Virus record (IMG/VR): IMGVR_UViG_3300035499_000522
Location: 64,001-128,000 of that record
Source: a virus
Lineage: Duplodnaviria > Caudoviricetes
DNA length: 64,000 nucleotides
Direction: 5' to 3' (one strand)
Every line of letters starts with the position of its first letter. Position 1 is the stretch's first letter. The position numbers and the translations under genes are program-made. The notes beneath the pieces are model-generated. The model made no database searches, was not told where the DNA came from, and was given only the letters and a program-made list of their open reading frames with translations. Positions 22,687-33,707 of this stretch are shown here, in pieces.

Positions 22687-22843
22687 AATTAAAAGTAAAT
22701 GGGAAATTAATTGCGATGGATATTATCCTTATTGTAGAAATTGCAATTATGAACCTGATGCTTATAGAAAGCCTCTTCCCAATATTTGTCCCAAGTGTAA
22801 AGCAGAAATGACTAATGCTAGGGAATTAAATAAAAGTTTTTAA
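22664..22843 (+). CDS. small zinc-ribbon protein (start uncertain)
   Basis: 'YCRNC...ICPKCKAEM'. Confidence 0.5.
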   Translation, partial: SEAQVKTKIKSKWEINCDGYYPYCRNCNYEPDAYRKPLPNICPKCKAEMTNARELNKSF

Positions 22844-22925
22844 TTGAATAGTCATACACAAAATCATTCATAAATAAAAAATGCAGAATAGTAGGTCAGC
22901 TATTCTGCATTTTTTCGTCTAATAA

Positions 22926-22954
22926 TTGACTTCCTAAAATTTTTATGTTATAAT
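22926..22954 (+). promoter_or_regulatory. sigmaA-type promoter
   Basis: TTGACT-17-TATAAT with TG; just after the AAAAAATGCAGAATAG...CTATTCTGCATTTTTT hairpin at ~22876-22915. Confidence 0.75.
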
Positions 22955-22978
22955 ACAAATATAGGAGGAAGATATTAG

Positions 22979-23476
22979 ATGATTATTTTAGCGGTAGACG
23001 CGAGTACCAAGAGTTCAGGATTTTCCGTCTTTGATAATAATAAATTAATACATTATGAATGTACAACAGCATCAAGCACTGATGTTATAAAAAGAATATA
23101 TAAAATGGTAGATACTTTATCTAATTTAATTCAATAGTATAAAGTTGAAACAGTAATAATAGAAGAAGTAAGACCAGACGCGGGCGGTAGCAACCCAAAA
23201 ACTATGAAAGCTTTAATGTGGCTTTAGGCGGCAATCGCATTTAAAATACATGATGACTTTCCTAAAGTTAAAATAGAATATACATATCCAAGTGAATGGA
23301 GAAGTGCTTGTGGTATTCATACTGGCAGAGGAATAGTCAGAAGTACATTAAAAGAAGCTGATATATAGTTTGTTAAAGATATATACAATATAGAAGTAAA
23401 CGATGATATAGCTGATAGTATTTGTATAGGTTATGCTTATATAAATAAATTAAATAATGAAATTAATTATGAATAA
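22979..23476 (+). CDS. ruvC: RuvC-like Holliday junction resolvase (3 TAG)
   Basis: AGGAGG RBS; 'ILAVDASTKSSGFSVF', 'VIIEE', 'PSEWR', 'DDIADSICIG'. Confidence 0.8.
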
Positions 23477-23517
23477 AAAAAAGAGGGGAAATACTATTTA
23501 AGTATTTCCCCTTATTA
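23477..23517. terminator. bidirectional terminator where the two arms converge
   Basis: GGGGAAATACT-ATTTA-AGTATTTCCCC hairpin flanked by an A-run and T-rich sequence. Confidence 0.75.
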
Positions 23518-23913
23518 TTATTTAAGCTTACTCATTAAAGAAGATAATTTAGATTGCATCATAATTTTTTCTTCTTGAGTAGCCATTCCCGCCATTTCTT
23601 CAACTTCTTGGCATAAATTAGATAAGTAATTATCTAAATCTTTCATCTAAATAGCTATATCTTTATGTCCTTCTTTTGATGTCACATAAGCCTTTTTAGA
23701 TGCTGCTAATTCAGTGTTATGAATATGTGCAGTAGCTACAGCTGGTTCCTCTTCCATAGCTTTAACTATTGAATGATAATACATTGCTTCATCAATATCT
23801 TTAATCATATCAATAACTTCACCCATTTCTGCAGTATTAACACATTGTGGGTGCTGCATTTCTATCATTACACTATTAATTAAAGTATTTTTTATTTCTT
23901 TTAATCTTTCCAT
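23518..23913 (-). CDS. cassette gene E, helical hypothetical protein (one TAG)
   Basis: Readthrough at 23647 continues to TAA; TAATG coupling with gene D. Confidence 0.7.
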
Positions 23914-24335
23914 TATGCTACCCTCTCAACAATAAGATTAGCATTTTGTACATTGATTGTCTAAGTGCTAATATTTTTTATGCTTACTTGTACGCAACAA
24001 CCTTTTGGTACTTCAATAAAAATAGAACTTCCAACATGGTTATATAAGCTAACAGCACCGGGTGTAGAAATTGCAATAGTAGAATTAACTGCTTCTCCAT
24101 TTAAAGCAATAGCCACAGAAATGGCACCAGCAGTACCCGTGCTAGGTACTGCTATATTGCCATCAAAAGTGACTTTATATCTAGCTTTGCTTTGATTAGT
24201 AAGACCTCTGAGAGTTACTAAACCACTGCCCGAACGATGAAGAATAGAACAATTACCTTCAACAACAGCATTAGAAAATTGTACATCTTGATTTGCGGCA
24301 ACTGGTTGAACCGCAACTGCTGTATATTCAGCCAT
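23913..24335 (-). CDS. cassette gene D, beta-sandwich protein resembling the BclA C-terminal/C1q-like fold (one TAG)
   Basis: MAEYTAVAVQPVAANQDV..GLVTLRG..YKVTFDGNI..ISVAIALNGE..VPKGCC..NANLIVERVA; fold assignment is inference. Confidence 0.65.
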
Positions 24336-24354
24336 TATAAAGCCCCCTTCTTAA

Positions 24355-25122
24355 TTAGCATCCACAGCCGCAATTACCATACTGATATGGTGCAGCAACC
24401 TGAAATGCAGGAACTGGAGAAGGACGAAGTGCATTAACTAAGTAAGCATTCTGCTCCTACTGTGAATTAATAAGTCTAAGACTTTGATTCTCTTGCTGCA
24501 ATGTAGTAAGTTTATCCTGTACAAGGAAGTCAAGGATACTTCTTGTGTTGCAGTTATTTGCTTCGATAATATCTCTTGTAGAATTAGAAATGCCATTCTG
24601 AATAGCACAAGTATCAGTAGCCATATCATAACGAACCTGAGCAATATTCTCTCTATTATCGCAGCAACACTGAGCAAGCTGAGCCTACAGAGCATTAGCA
24701 TTCTGCATATTAGCAATGTTCATTGTATTTAAATCTTGCTGTAAAGTATTAACACTCTACTGCATACCATTATTTACGCTATTGAATCCTTGACAAAGTG
24801 AGCCTTGAATACCATTAAATCCCTAAAGAAGATTTGTATTCTGAGAATAGAAACCATCACAAATGCCAGACTGAACTCCTCTTACACTATTTTCTAATGC
24901 TTGGAAATTCATGTCCTGACACAAATCAGCTCTTGTCAAAGCACCTTGAGTAGCAGCGTTATTTCCGTTGTTACCCCAGCCATTTCCGCCCCAGCCCATG
25001 AAAACGAATAAGAACAAGATAATAATCCACCATGCACCAGAACCTGAACCAAAGCCATCATTGTTTCTACCAGAAGCAGTAGCGATATCACTCAAACTAT
25101 AACCTTCGCTTGTATTAAACAT
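24355..25122 (-). CDS. cassette gene C, Gly/Trp membrane segment + Gln/Asn coiled coil + Cys motifs (4 TAG)
   Basis: 'GAWWIIILFLFVFMGWGGNGWG', 'AQCCCD', C-terminal 'GNCGCGC'; open to TAA with TAG=Q. Confidence 0.75.
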
Positions 25123-25162
25123 ATATTTTCCTCCTAAATAAAATAAAGCTTATTATATTATA

Positions 25163-25402
25163 TTAAAGTCCAAGAGTATTCTTGAAACTATTAAATTCTT
25201 TGTCAAAATCTAAGCCCTTTTCTTTCATCATATTTTTAGCTATATTTTCAATACTTTTTCCGTCACCTTGTTTAGCTAATGACAAAAGATTACTCATAAA
25301 AGGATTAGATGATGCTTGCTATTCTAGCATTTGTATAACCATCTATTGCGGGTTGCCGCAACTCCTAATCATACTAATTAATTGCATAAGATTAGTAGGC
25401 AT
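25163..25402 (-). CDS. cassette gene B, small Met/Gln-rich helical protein (2 TAG)
   Basis: MPTNLMQLISMIRSCGNPQ(Q)MVIQMLE(Q)QASSNPFM...KGLDFDKEF. Confidence 0.7.
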
Positions 25403-25856
25403 TTAAGTCAACCTCTTTTCGTGCGGGAACTGATTGTTCCTAAGCAACATTAACCACTTGTTGCTATTGAGTTCCCAATAAACTATTTAATTTTGTTTCT
25501 AAATTATCAATCTTCTATAAAATTTGATTATTTATATTATCATTCATTGTATTTGAATCTAATACTGGGGCTACAGGCTTAAATGTAACAATACTTGTAG
25601 TGCCATTATTATTCCAAGTTTTTATGTATATTTCACTTAAATCAGCTTTTGGAAAGACTCCATAAGCACCTATGGGAACTTCCGCAACCTTAACCATATC
25701 TGCACTATCTACAATTTTACCATTAATAGTTTGCTATTGCTATTGTATCTATTGCATTATAGGGCTGATTTGCTACTATACCTAAGGCTATTGCGTCATA
25801 TAATTATTATAAGGTGAATAATTAGGGTAATAGCCAGTAGGATTATAATAAGGCAT
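25392..25856 (-). CDS. cassette gene A, Tyr/Pro/Gln-rich N-terminus + small globular domain (many TAG)
   Basis: AAGGAG RBS; poly-Gln tract written as mixed CAA/TAG; 'NGKIVDS..FPKADLSEIYIKTWNNNGTT'. Confidence 0.75.
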
Positions 25857-25966
25857 TATTTTTCTCTCCTTTTTTCTCTTAATATTTTTGTCATAAACTA
25901 TTAAAAATTTATTCATACAATTTTCATAACTCAGTCCAAATTTTCATAAAAATTATTTAAGATATA

Positions 25967-26005
25967 AAAAAAGAAGGTCGCATCCATTAGGATACGACCT
26001 TTTTA
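25967..26005 (-). terminator. intrinsic terminator ending the tail operon
   Basis: AAGGTCGCATCC-ATTA-GGATACGACCTT hairpin; the A-run on + is the U-tract on -. Confidence 0.7.
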
Positions 26006-26227
26006 TTATATGTAATCTATAATTATATCTTTTGTATCTTCTTTAAAATATAAAGATTCTATATTGATATCTGACAATTCTAAAATACCATTATAGCTTA
26101 ATTTTATTTCTTGTCCGTTTAAAAAAATTACATCTCCAAATTTTGCCTAAATGCCTAAATGTTCACAATAGGTAGGAGATGAAAAAATTTCCGCCTTAGC
26201 TTTAAAATCTCCTGTAATCTATTGCAT
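26006..26227 (-). CDS. small tail-associated hypothetical protein
   Basis: GGAGG RBS; M-Q-(Q)-ITGDF..; open with TAG=Q. Confidence 0.55.
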
Positions 26228-26228
26228 A

Positions 26229-27779
26229 TTATTCCTCCGTAATAAACCATACACTGCCAATAGGCATAGACTAAAATTGTGTAGTAATATTATCAGAATC
26301 ATCAGGACCTACTAAAACTCCACTTGAAGAACTAGGAGAACCTACATAATACCATCCCACATATGCACCATTCTTCAAAGTATAATCAAAAGCATAAAGT
26401 GATTTAGTAGAAGATTCATCTCCTATTGAAATAATTTTTCCATCTATTCCATTAGGATATTCTGTATTAAGATAAGATATTATTCCTGCATTAGTATTTA
26501 ATTGTCCATTATAATCATTAGGATTAAGATTATACTAAATATATAAACCACTATTATCTTTGATGGAACCCATATCTTCCCAATCAGAATATCCATCAAT
26601 CTCTTTAGGATATGCTTTACCAGAATTAACTACTTCTGTTCTTCTTGCTGGGTCACTATATAAAAATAATAAATGATTATCATCTGTTACTTTTGTTTTC
26701 ATTATATAATTAATAGGAGTACTTATAGTTTCAGTTGTCCCATCGTTATACGCAACTTTAAATGTCTAATCTCCATTTCCTTCTTTATCACCACTATCAA
26801 AAGTAACTTTAGTAGGATATAACATTTTCTAAGTAAATTTAGTTCCATCGTTATAAGTAATTTCAAAATTGCCATCATCTTTAATCTAAACTTTATCTAT
26901 CCATTTAAGTTTATATGTTACAGTATCTTCATAAGTATATTTAATAGTTAAAGTTCCGTCATTAGCCAAAGTGATACCACTATTAGGATTTATCATATTA
27001 TATGGACCTAGGTATATAGTTTTTTTATCTCCACCCGCCGCATAATCATAATAATCATATACTAATACTTCTCTTGAATTTAGAATATCATCCTACTAAT
27101 CTTCATAATATTCAATATTATTATCTGCTACTATTACTCTTAAATTCTAAATAGAATTACCTCTTGAGCCTTTCGGAATTTTCAGATTCCATTTTTCATA
27201 AAAGGGACGGCTATTTGTATTATCTCTTTTAAAAACATTTTCTTCTTCTACAGAATCAACTAATTCAGCATTAAATTCAAATACCGTATATGGAATAGTA
27301 AAACCTATATAAGCAATAGAGTTATTATTATCTGTATCTTTTACTGTACAATAAGACCATTTTATCTAATCATTATATATTATTTTACCTGAATTATCTT
27401 CTGTTTTTCCTGCTACTAAACTATTATTATCAAGAGAATAACTTCCACTACCAGAATCTGTTATATCAGAAGAAGAAAATTTATTTATATTATCAATAGT
27501 AGTAAGTTTTATATGAGACGCAGAACCACTTGGACCTACTATCTAGCCAATATAAATAGCACCATTAAGAGAATTACTTGAATATCCACGTCTGTATAAT
27601 TTACCATTATCAGTATCATTAGTATTACTTGGACTAATCATAACATATTCATCATAACCTACTGAACAATTATCTGTACCAAAATCAGCTATCATTGCGG
27701 CAATAGATTCATATGATTTAGCTATGATAAAAGAAGCTCCACGTCTGCCGCCATAAAAGCTTGTATCTATTTCTGCCAT
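26229..27779 (-). CDS. probable tail fibre/baseplate protein (many TAG)
   Basis: GAGG RBS; track fragment 27543..27779 extends by readthrough to TAA at 26229; beta-rich 'Y.DG' repeats; position in the tail module. Confidence 0.55.
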
Positions 27780-27794
27780 TTAATTCACCTCTTA

Positions 27795-28385
27795 TTAATA
27801 TTGATAATCTAAAATAAAATTATTCTCTGTTGGAATAAAACCAATAAAGTTAATATCTATATTATTCAATTCATATAAACCACTTTTATTAACTCTAATA
27901 GGCTATCCATTAATACACATAAGCTGCCCCGGTTTTGCTTGCACGCCTATTTTATTTAATGTAGAAATACTTAAAGCGTTTAAAACATTATATATTTCAT
28001 ATATTTCAATTTCTATATCAGAAGTAGATAAAGTAGAATCAGATGAACAAACAATATAATTATAAGAACTTAATGTAGGTTTTAAAATATTCTCATAAAT
28101 AACATATTCATCATTTGTAGATTGTTTAGCAACTTTATACCCGCCTATTTTCTAGACATTAGAACTTGAATTTTCAATAGTCTATTGTAACATTACTGTT
28201 ATTGACTATGTACTATTTTGTTTTTTAATTTTTATTTTAAAATAATAAGGTTTAGAAATATTAAGAAAAGTAGAAAATTTAAAAGCTATTTTGCTTCCTT
28301 CCTAATAAGGTTCTTCTAATATATTCTGCTTGGTAATATAAGAAAAGCTATTCTGTTTTCTATATTGTTCTATTTTTATACCCAT
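27795..28385 (-). CDS. tail/baseplate hypothetical protein
   Basis: AAGGAG RBS; 196 aa open with TAG=Q. Confidence 0.55.
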
Positions 28386-28407
28386 AATATACTCCTTTTA
28401 TTCCTAA

Positions 28408-30306
28408 TTAGATTTTATCTAAAGCTTTAGTTGCGGAAATTGACATTGTATTATTTATATCAAGAGGCAAAGATATGGAATTAATCATATAATCTCCATA
28501 TATATTACTTTTAACATCCTATATACCAATTCTTGTGTTTGGTTCAAGATGATAAATAGGAATGCTCTAAATAGTAACTGTTTCATTATAATTAGTGTAC
28601 TAATATAATAAATCTTTTATCATATTAAAAGCACTATTGAATGAACCACCAAGAGCAATTAAAGAATAAATATCTGAAGGCACCTATACATAATCTTGCC
28701 CTTTTTTTATACATTCTTCTCTATCTTCCGCCTATGTTTCAGAACCAATTTCTATTAATACAAGGTCTGGAATTTCTGGTTCAAATACACAATTAATACT
28801 ATCATCAACAACAACCTTTGAGCGGCGACCTATATTACTTACGCTAAATTGTCCAACAGCCGCAGAAGAATCAATAAAGTCTAAAAAGAAATCTATATCA
28901 TATGGATATTGCTTTACTTCATCTAAAAAGTCACCTTTTTCTAAATCATATAGCTTAGGCCACTCATTAGCAAGTTCTGTATAATAATAATTAGAGTCGG
29001 TACCAAATGGGTCAGCCATTACTCCACCTAAATACAATTCACTTCGCCAATCAGTAGTAGTAATATTAGTACCTTTTCCGCTTTCTGATACTTTAGCTTT
29101 TGTTAATCCATCATCTTCATCTTCATAAAATTCTACATTATATGTATTTCCAGCTTTTGGTTTAGAATCAATAGCTAAATGATAACGAATTGGCAAACTT
29201 ACGCCATCAGCTGTTTCTCTTGTACCCCATACAACAAAATCATTTTTTATCATATTAAATTGTGGTGAATTAGAATATGAAGTTATAAGATTACTATTAT
29301 CAAAAGAATAAACAGTTTTTCCTTTGGTCATATCTACCAAATAATTATTATTATTTATAGCTTTTAAATCTAAAGTAGCCTAAGTTGTATTTAAATAGTT
29401 TTTAATTTCTTGAAATACAAAATTTCCGTCTATATCATAAAAATACTCATAATTTCCTAAAGTGCTTTTAATTGTATCTAAAATATCGCAAACAGTATCT
29501 CCTGCGTCTCCTATAAGCTCGCCCGGATAAGTAAAATCTGTATAGATATATCCTATATCCATTCCTGTTGAATACATTTGATATTCTACCTCTGTGCCCG
29601 CAGGGTCATTTAATGTTGGCGTAAATTGCTCTACTCCATCTTTTACCTATCTAATAATATATAAAGGGTCTGAACCTGTCCATTTCATAACCTATTTAGA
29701 ACGAGTATCTACATCACTAATAATAATTTTACCTAACTATTCATTACCAAAATGATTTACTAATTCCTAAATAATCTAATATATAGTAGGATTATTAATT
29801 ACAGAGTTTCCATCTTCATCAATATCTTCTATTTCATGAAAAGTAACAGATGCGGGAATCACACCACCGCATTCCCCATTTAATAAACACATTTTATCTT
29901 TTAACTATAAAGAAATTGTAGTGCCAGAAGTTTCGTGAGAAATAGATTCACTAATTAAAACAAATACACCTTGCGGAAACCATATAATTGGATAATCTGT
30001 ATAAAGCTAAGTGGTATTTGTAAAACCTATTTCCAAATTAGCTTTTTTATTGATTGAAATAATCTAATTTATATCATCATAATTAGTTTCATTATCTTCA
30101 ACATACATAGTAAGATTACAGGTACGACGAATAGAAGAACTACCATCAAGATTTAAACTACCACTTGTTACTTTTCCCTAAATATCTTGGACTGGATTTT
30201 CGTTCCAATCCAAGATAGTGATTTTTACAAATTGTTCTTTGATTTGCAATTCATCTATTGTTTTTAAGAAAGAAGAATCATTTAAATAAGGATAATTATA
30301 TCTCAT
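28408..30306 (-). CDS. baseplate hub/tail-tip protein
   Basis: Fragments 28732.. and 29380.. are in frame; 'GSLNLDGSSSIRRTCNL', 'NYEYFYDIDGNFVFQEIKNYL', 'IPIYHLEPNTRI'. Confidence 0.65.
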
Positions 30307-32924
30307 TATTTTTCTCCTTTCTATACTTCAATACCATATTCAATAGTAGATTCAAGTTCTTCAATATTAAGGTCAATAGCTTCAATTGAATTTATATTAA
30401 CTGATGCTGTATTAGTAATTCTTGTTAATAATCCATTAGAATTAAATGAATATAAAGTAATATCTTTATTATCATATTTCCAAACATCATCAGAAGTGGT
30501 AAATTTATTTAAATCTAATTCAGATTTTCTTAAAAATGTTCCATAAAAATAAAATTCATAAACATTTTCTTGAATTAATAAGCTACCTGTAGGTCCTATT
30601 ATTGTACGTTCTGGCTTTGTATCTTCTCCAGACTAAATGTATAATACAGTACCCGGGTCTGCCTCTATCTCTAATCTTGTAATATTTATAATAGATGAAT
30701 ATCTTTCATCATTATCATAATTATAAGTATCATTATCTTTTATCATCTCAACAATAGAATCTAAAGTAGTAAAAATATTTGTCCACTAAATAGGATAAAT
30801 AGTTTCATAAATTACTGCTATTGCAGTAGCTTTATTTTTGCTTGGTGCGGGGGAAGCATTACTATATACTTCTACTGTAGCTTTATAATATATATTAACA
30901 TCTTCCTATTGAGCAAATGTAATAGAATTAATTTCTATTTCATCTCCACTTATTTGATAGATACCATCTTCATTAATTACAAAAGGAATTTTATCTATAT
31001 AAATAATATATCCTAAATAAGTATTAGAATCAGAAGCAGAAGCAATTGTAGGAGTTCCATTATTATCTTTAATAAGATAAGGTTTACTATTAAATGAAAA
31101 TTTAATATTCTAAAAATTCTTAATAGCTGCTGTGTAACCTTCTTCAAGATTATTTTGTTCCTATTCTGTAATTAAATTAATAATATTCGTTCCTGCATTA
31201 AATATTGTAGTTCCATTATAAAATACCTAACTATAATTTTCATAGGTATCTTCTAATTCTCCATCACTTCCGCCAGTCTAAGTGTCTGTATCTGCCATAT
31301 ATTCACCAAGTGACTAAATATTATAATAATTATAATTTTCAATAGTATTATCAGCAACTTCATATGCAGTACAAGAAAAATTATAAATGTATCTATTTAA
31401 ACCCTATTCAGGAGATAAACTAACATTCATTAGTTTAACTAAGAAATTACCTTCGGTTGTAGATTTAAACAACTTAACATTATTATCATATAAGAAATCC
31501 ATAACTTTTTCTCTAAATTTCTTTTCATATAGATAATCATTATAGTTGTTTATATTTCTTTCTTCATTATATTTTACATAGTAATCTATATAATCTCCAC
31601 CGAATAATTCTTCTTTAGAAGTAAAAATTTCTTCTTCATCCATCCAAAAGGAAATCAATCCGGATATTGGAAGTTCTACGTAATTAACATTACCATTTTT
31701 ATTAATAAATGGATATTGAGAACCTATAGTATCAGTTTTACTTTCTGATACCGTTCTCTTATAAGAAGAAATACTTGGATTATATTTTATTTTAAGCTAA
31801 GTATTTCCACTTACCAAAAACATATCATTAAATACGCCTAATAAAGGTTCTTCATTTAGGATTGCGGCAATACCCCTGCTGCCATTAGAATATCCCTTTT
31901 GAATAGAATACTTATATAATACGCCACTTTCTATTGTATAATCATACCAAATTCTTTCAAATTCTTCTACTTCATCAATAGGCTCAATATGTACGTCTTC
32001 CCAGACTCCAAAGTTGCTCACATCCGACGTCCGCCTTATTACTACATTACTCTATAGATTTTTACCAGATAAAGTTATCTTTACTCTTCCATTTTCTTCA
32101 TCCATAGAAATTTCAGAATTAATATTAAGCTTACTATTCTAATCAAGAGAAATAGAAAAATTATATATATACTAAGCAGTATATAAATTTCTTGTTGTTA
32201 TATTTAAAATAATTTTATACTTTTCGTTCTCTTTCAAATCAGTTTTAAAAGTATAGTTAATCTAATTTACATTGGTATAGCTATTACTATATAATTCATT
32301 TGTATCTAAAATTAATTTGTTTACAGAATCATATAGTTTTATTCTATAACTTCTTAATGTTTCTTGTTCGTTTTCTTCAAATTCAACAGAGCCAATTAAA
32401 CTAACTGTAGAAGAAGAGAAAACTGTACCATTAGTTTCTCCTTCTATAAAATTCTTAATATTAACTTGCGGCGGCTCAATACCTTTAATCAAGCATACTG
32501 TTGACCATTCAGAAAATTTAGTTAAATTTTCATTAAGCCAGTTATCTATACTTTGTACTCCATCTACAAATGTAGGTGCTTCCGCAGAACTAAAACGAAT
32601 CTAAACTTTATAATACTAATTAAGTTCAAATTCTTTATTGACTAAATCTTCTTTTTTTACTTCTATATAATATTTATCATCTGTGTCTTTTGTATAATCT
32701 TCTTTTACATCAGTGACTTTTATTTGACTTAAATATATATCAGAATCTAATTCTGATTGATTAGTTTTTTGGTTATTTACTATAACCTATGCACATTTAA
32801 CTTCATCTATACTATTATAAGTAGATAAAGAGAAATAAATGCGGCAACCATCTACCGCATTTTTTGCAAAGGCTGGCATATATGTATTAATAATAGGTGG
32901 ATATAAATTATTAAATGTTGCCAA
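30306..32924 (-). CDS. baseplate/tail structural protein (TTG start)
   Basis: Three track fragments are in one frame; AAGGAG RBS; 'KTDTIGSQYPFI', 'KLFKSTTEGNFLVKLMNVSL'. Confidence 0.65.
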
Positions 32925-32952
32925 TTTATTTCTCTCCTTTTATTTCTTTGTG

Positions 32953-33426
32953 TTACTCATTAGGTGGGTGTTTAGGTAAGGCTCGTATCTCTTCCATAAG
33001 CCCTTCAACAAATGAATTTCCATTTTCTTTTTGATATATACTAAATCTATATTCTAAACATTCTAAGCTATAGTCATCAATCCAATGCTAAGTATAACAA
33101 AAAAAATGATGTTTTTCTGTTATAAAAGATTTTATATCATTTTTATCTGAAACTATTAGCATATTAATTTTCTGAGTTAATTCTTCTATTGCTGAATTAG
33201 TATTTTTTTGACTATTAGCAATTTCATTAATTCTTTTTTCAAAATTTTCTATTTTATCTTCAATAGATTGTTTATCTTTATTTTGCTATTCTTCTTTATT
33301 AAAGATTTTCCTTAATCTATCTTTGCCCCAATCATAAAAGCTGATAGCCCCTTTAATTGCTATAGCAAGAATAATAATAAAACTTATTATTTCTGTTATA
33401 GAATAGGCATCAAATAACTACTACAT
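32953..33426 (-). CDS. holin-like single-TM membrane protein beginning ATG-TAG-TAG
   Basis: AGGAGG RBS; TM 'IISFIIILAIAIKGAISFY', coiled coil, C-terminal 'YQKENGNSFVEGLMEEIRALP'; holin function inferred. Confidence 0.55.
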
Positions 33427-33516
33427 ATTATTACTTCCTCCTGTTTAAAAACGCCCAATAAAAATCTTATATAATATATAATAATTATATTCAAAAAATG
33501 AATTTAATTAGTCCAA

Positions 33517-33705
33517 TTAAGAATTCCATTCGATATCCCCAGTAATGTTGCTTAACTTACTGTAGATATTATTAATAACATTTTGTAAATTATCCTAATT
33601 GTTGTCTACATTCACGTCAATATTTTTTGCGTCTGCCCCAAGGGAATAAATTGTTCCTAAATTTACATTGTCTTCTTTTACTCTTATAGATTTGATTTTT
33701 TCCAT
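33517..33705 (-). CDS. small hypothetical tail-associated protein
   Basis: GGAGG RBS; 62 aa, open with TAG=Q. Confidence 0.5.
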
Positions 33706-33707
33706 AA

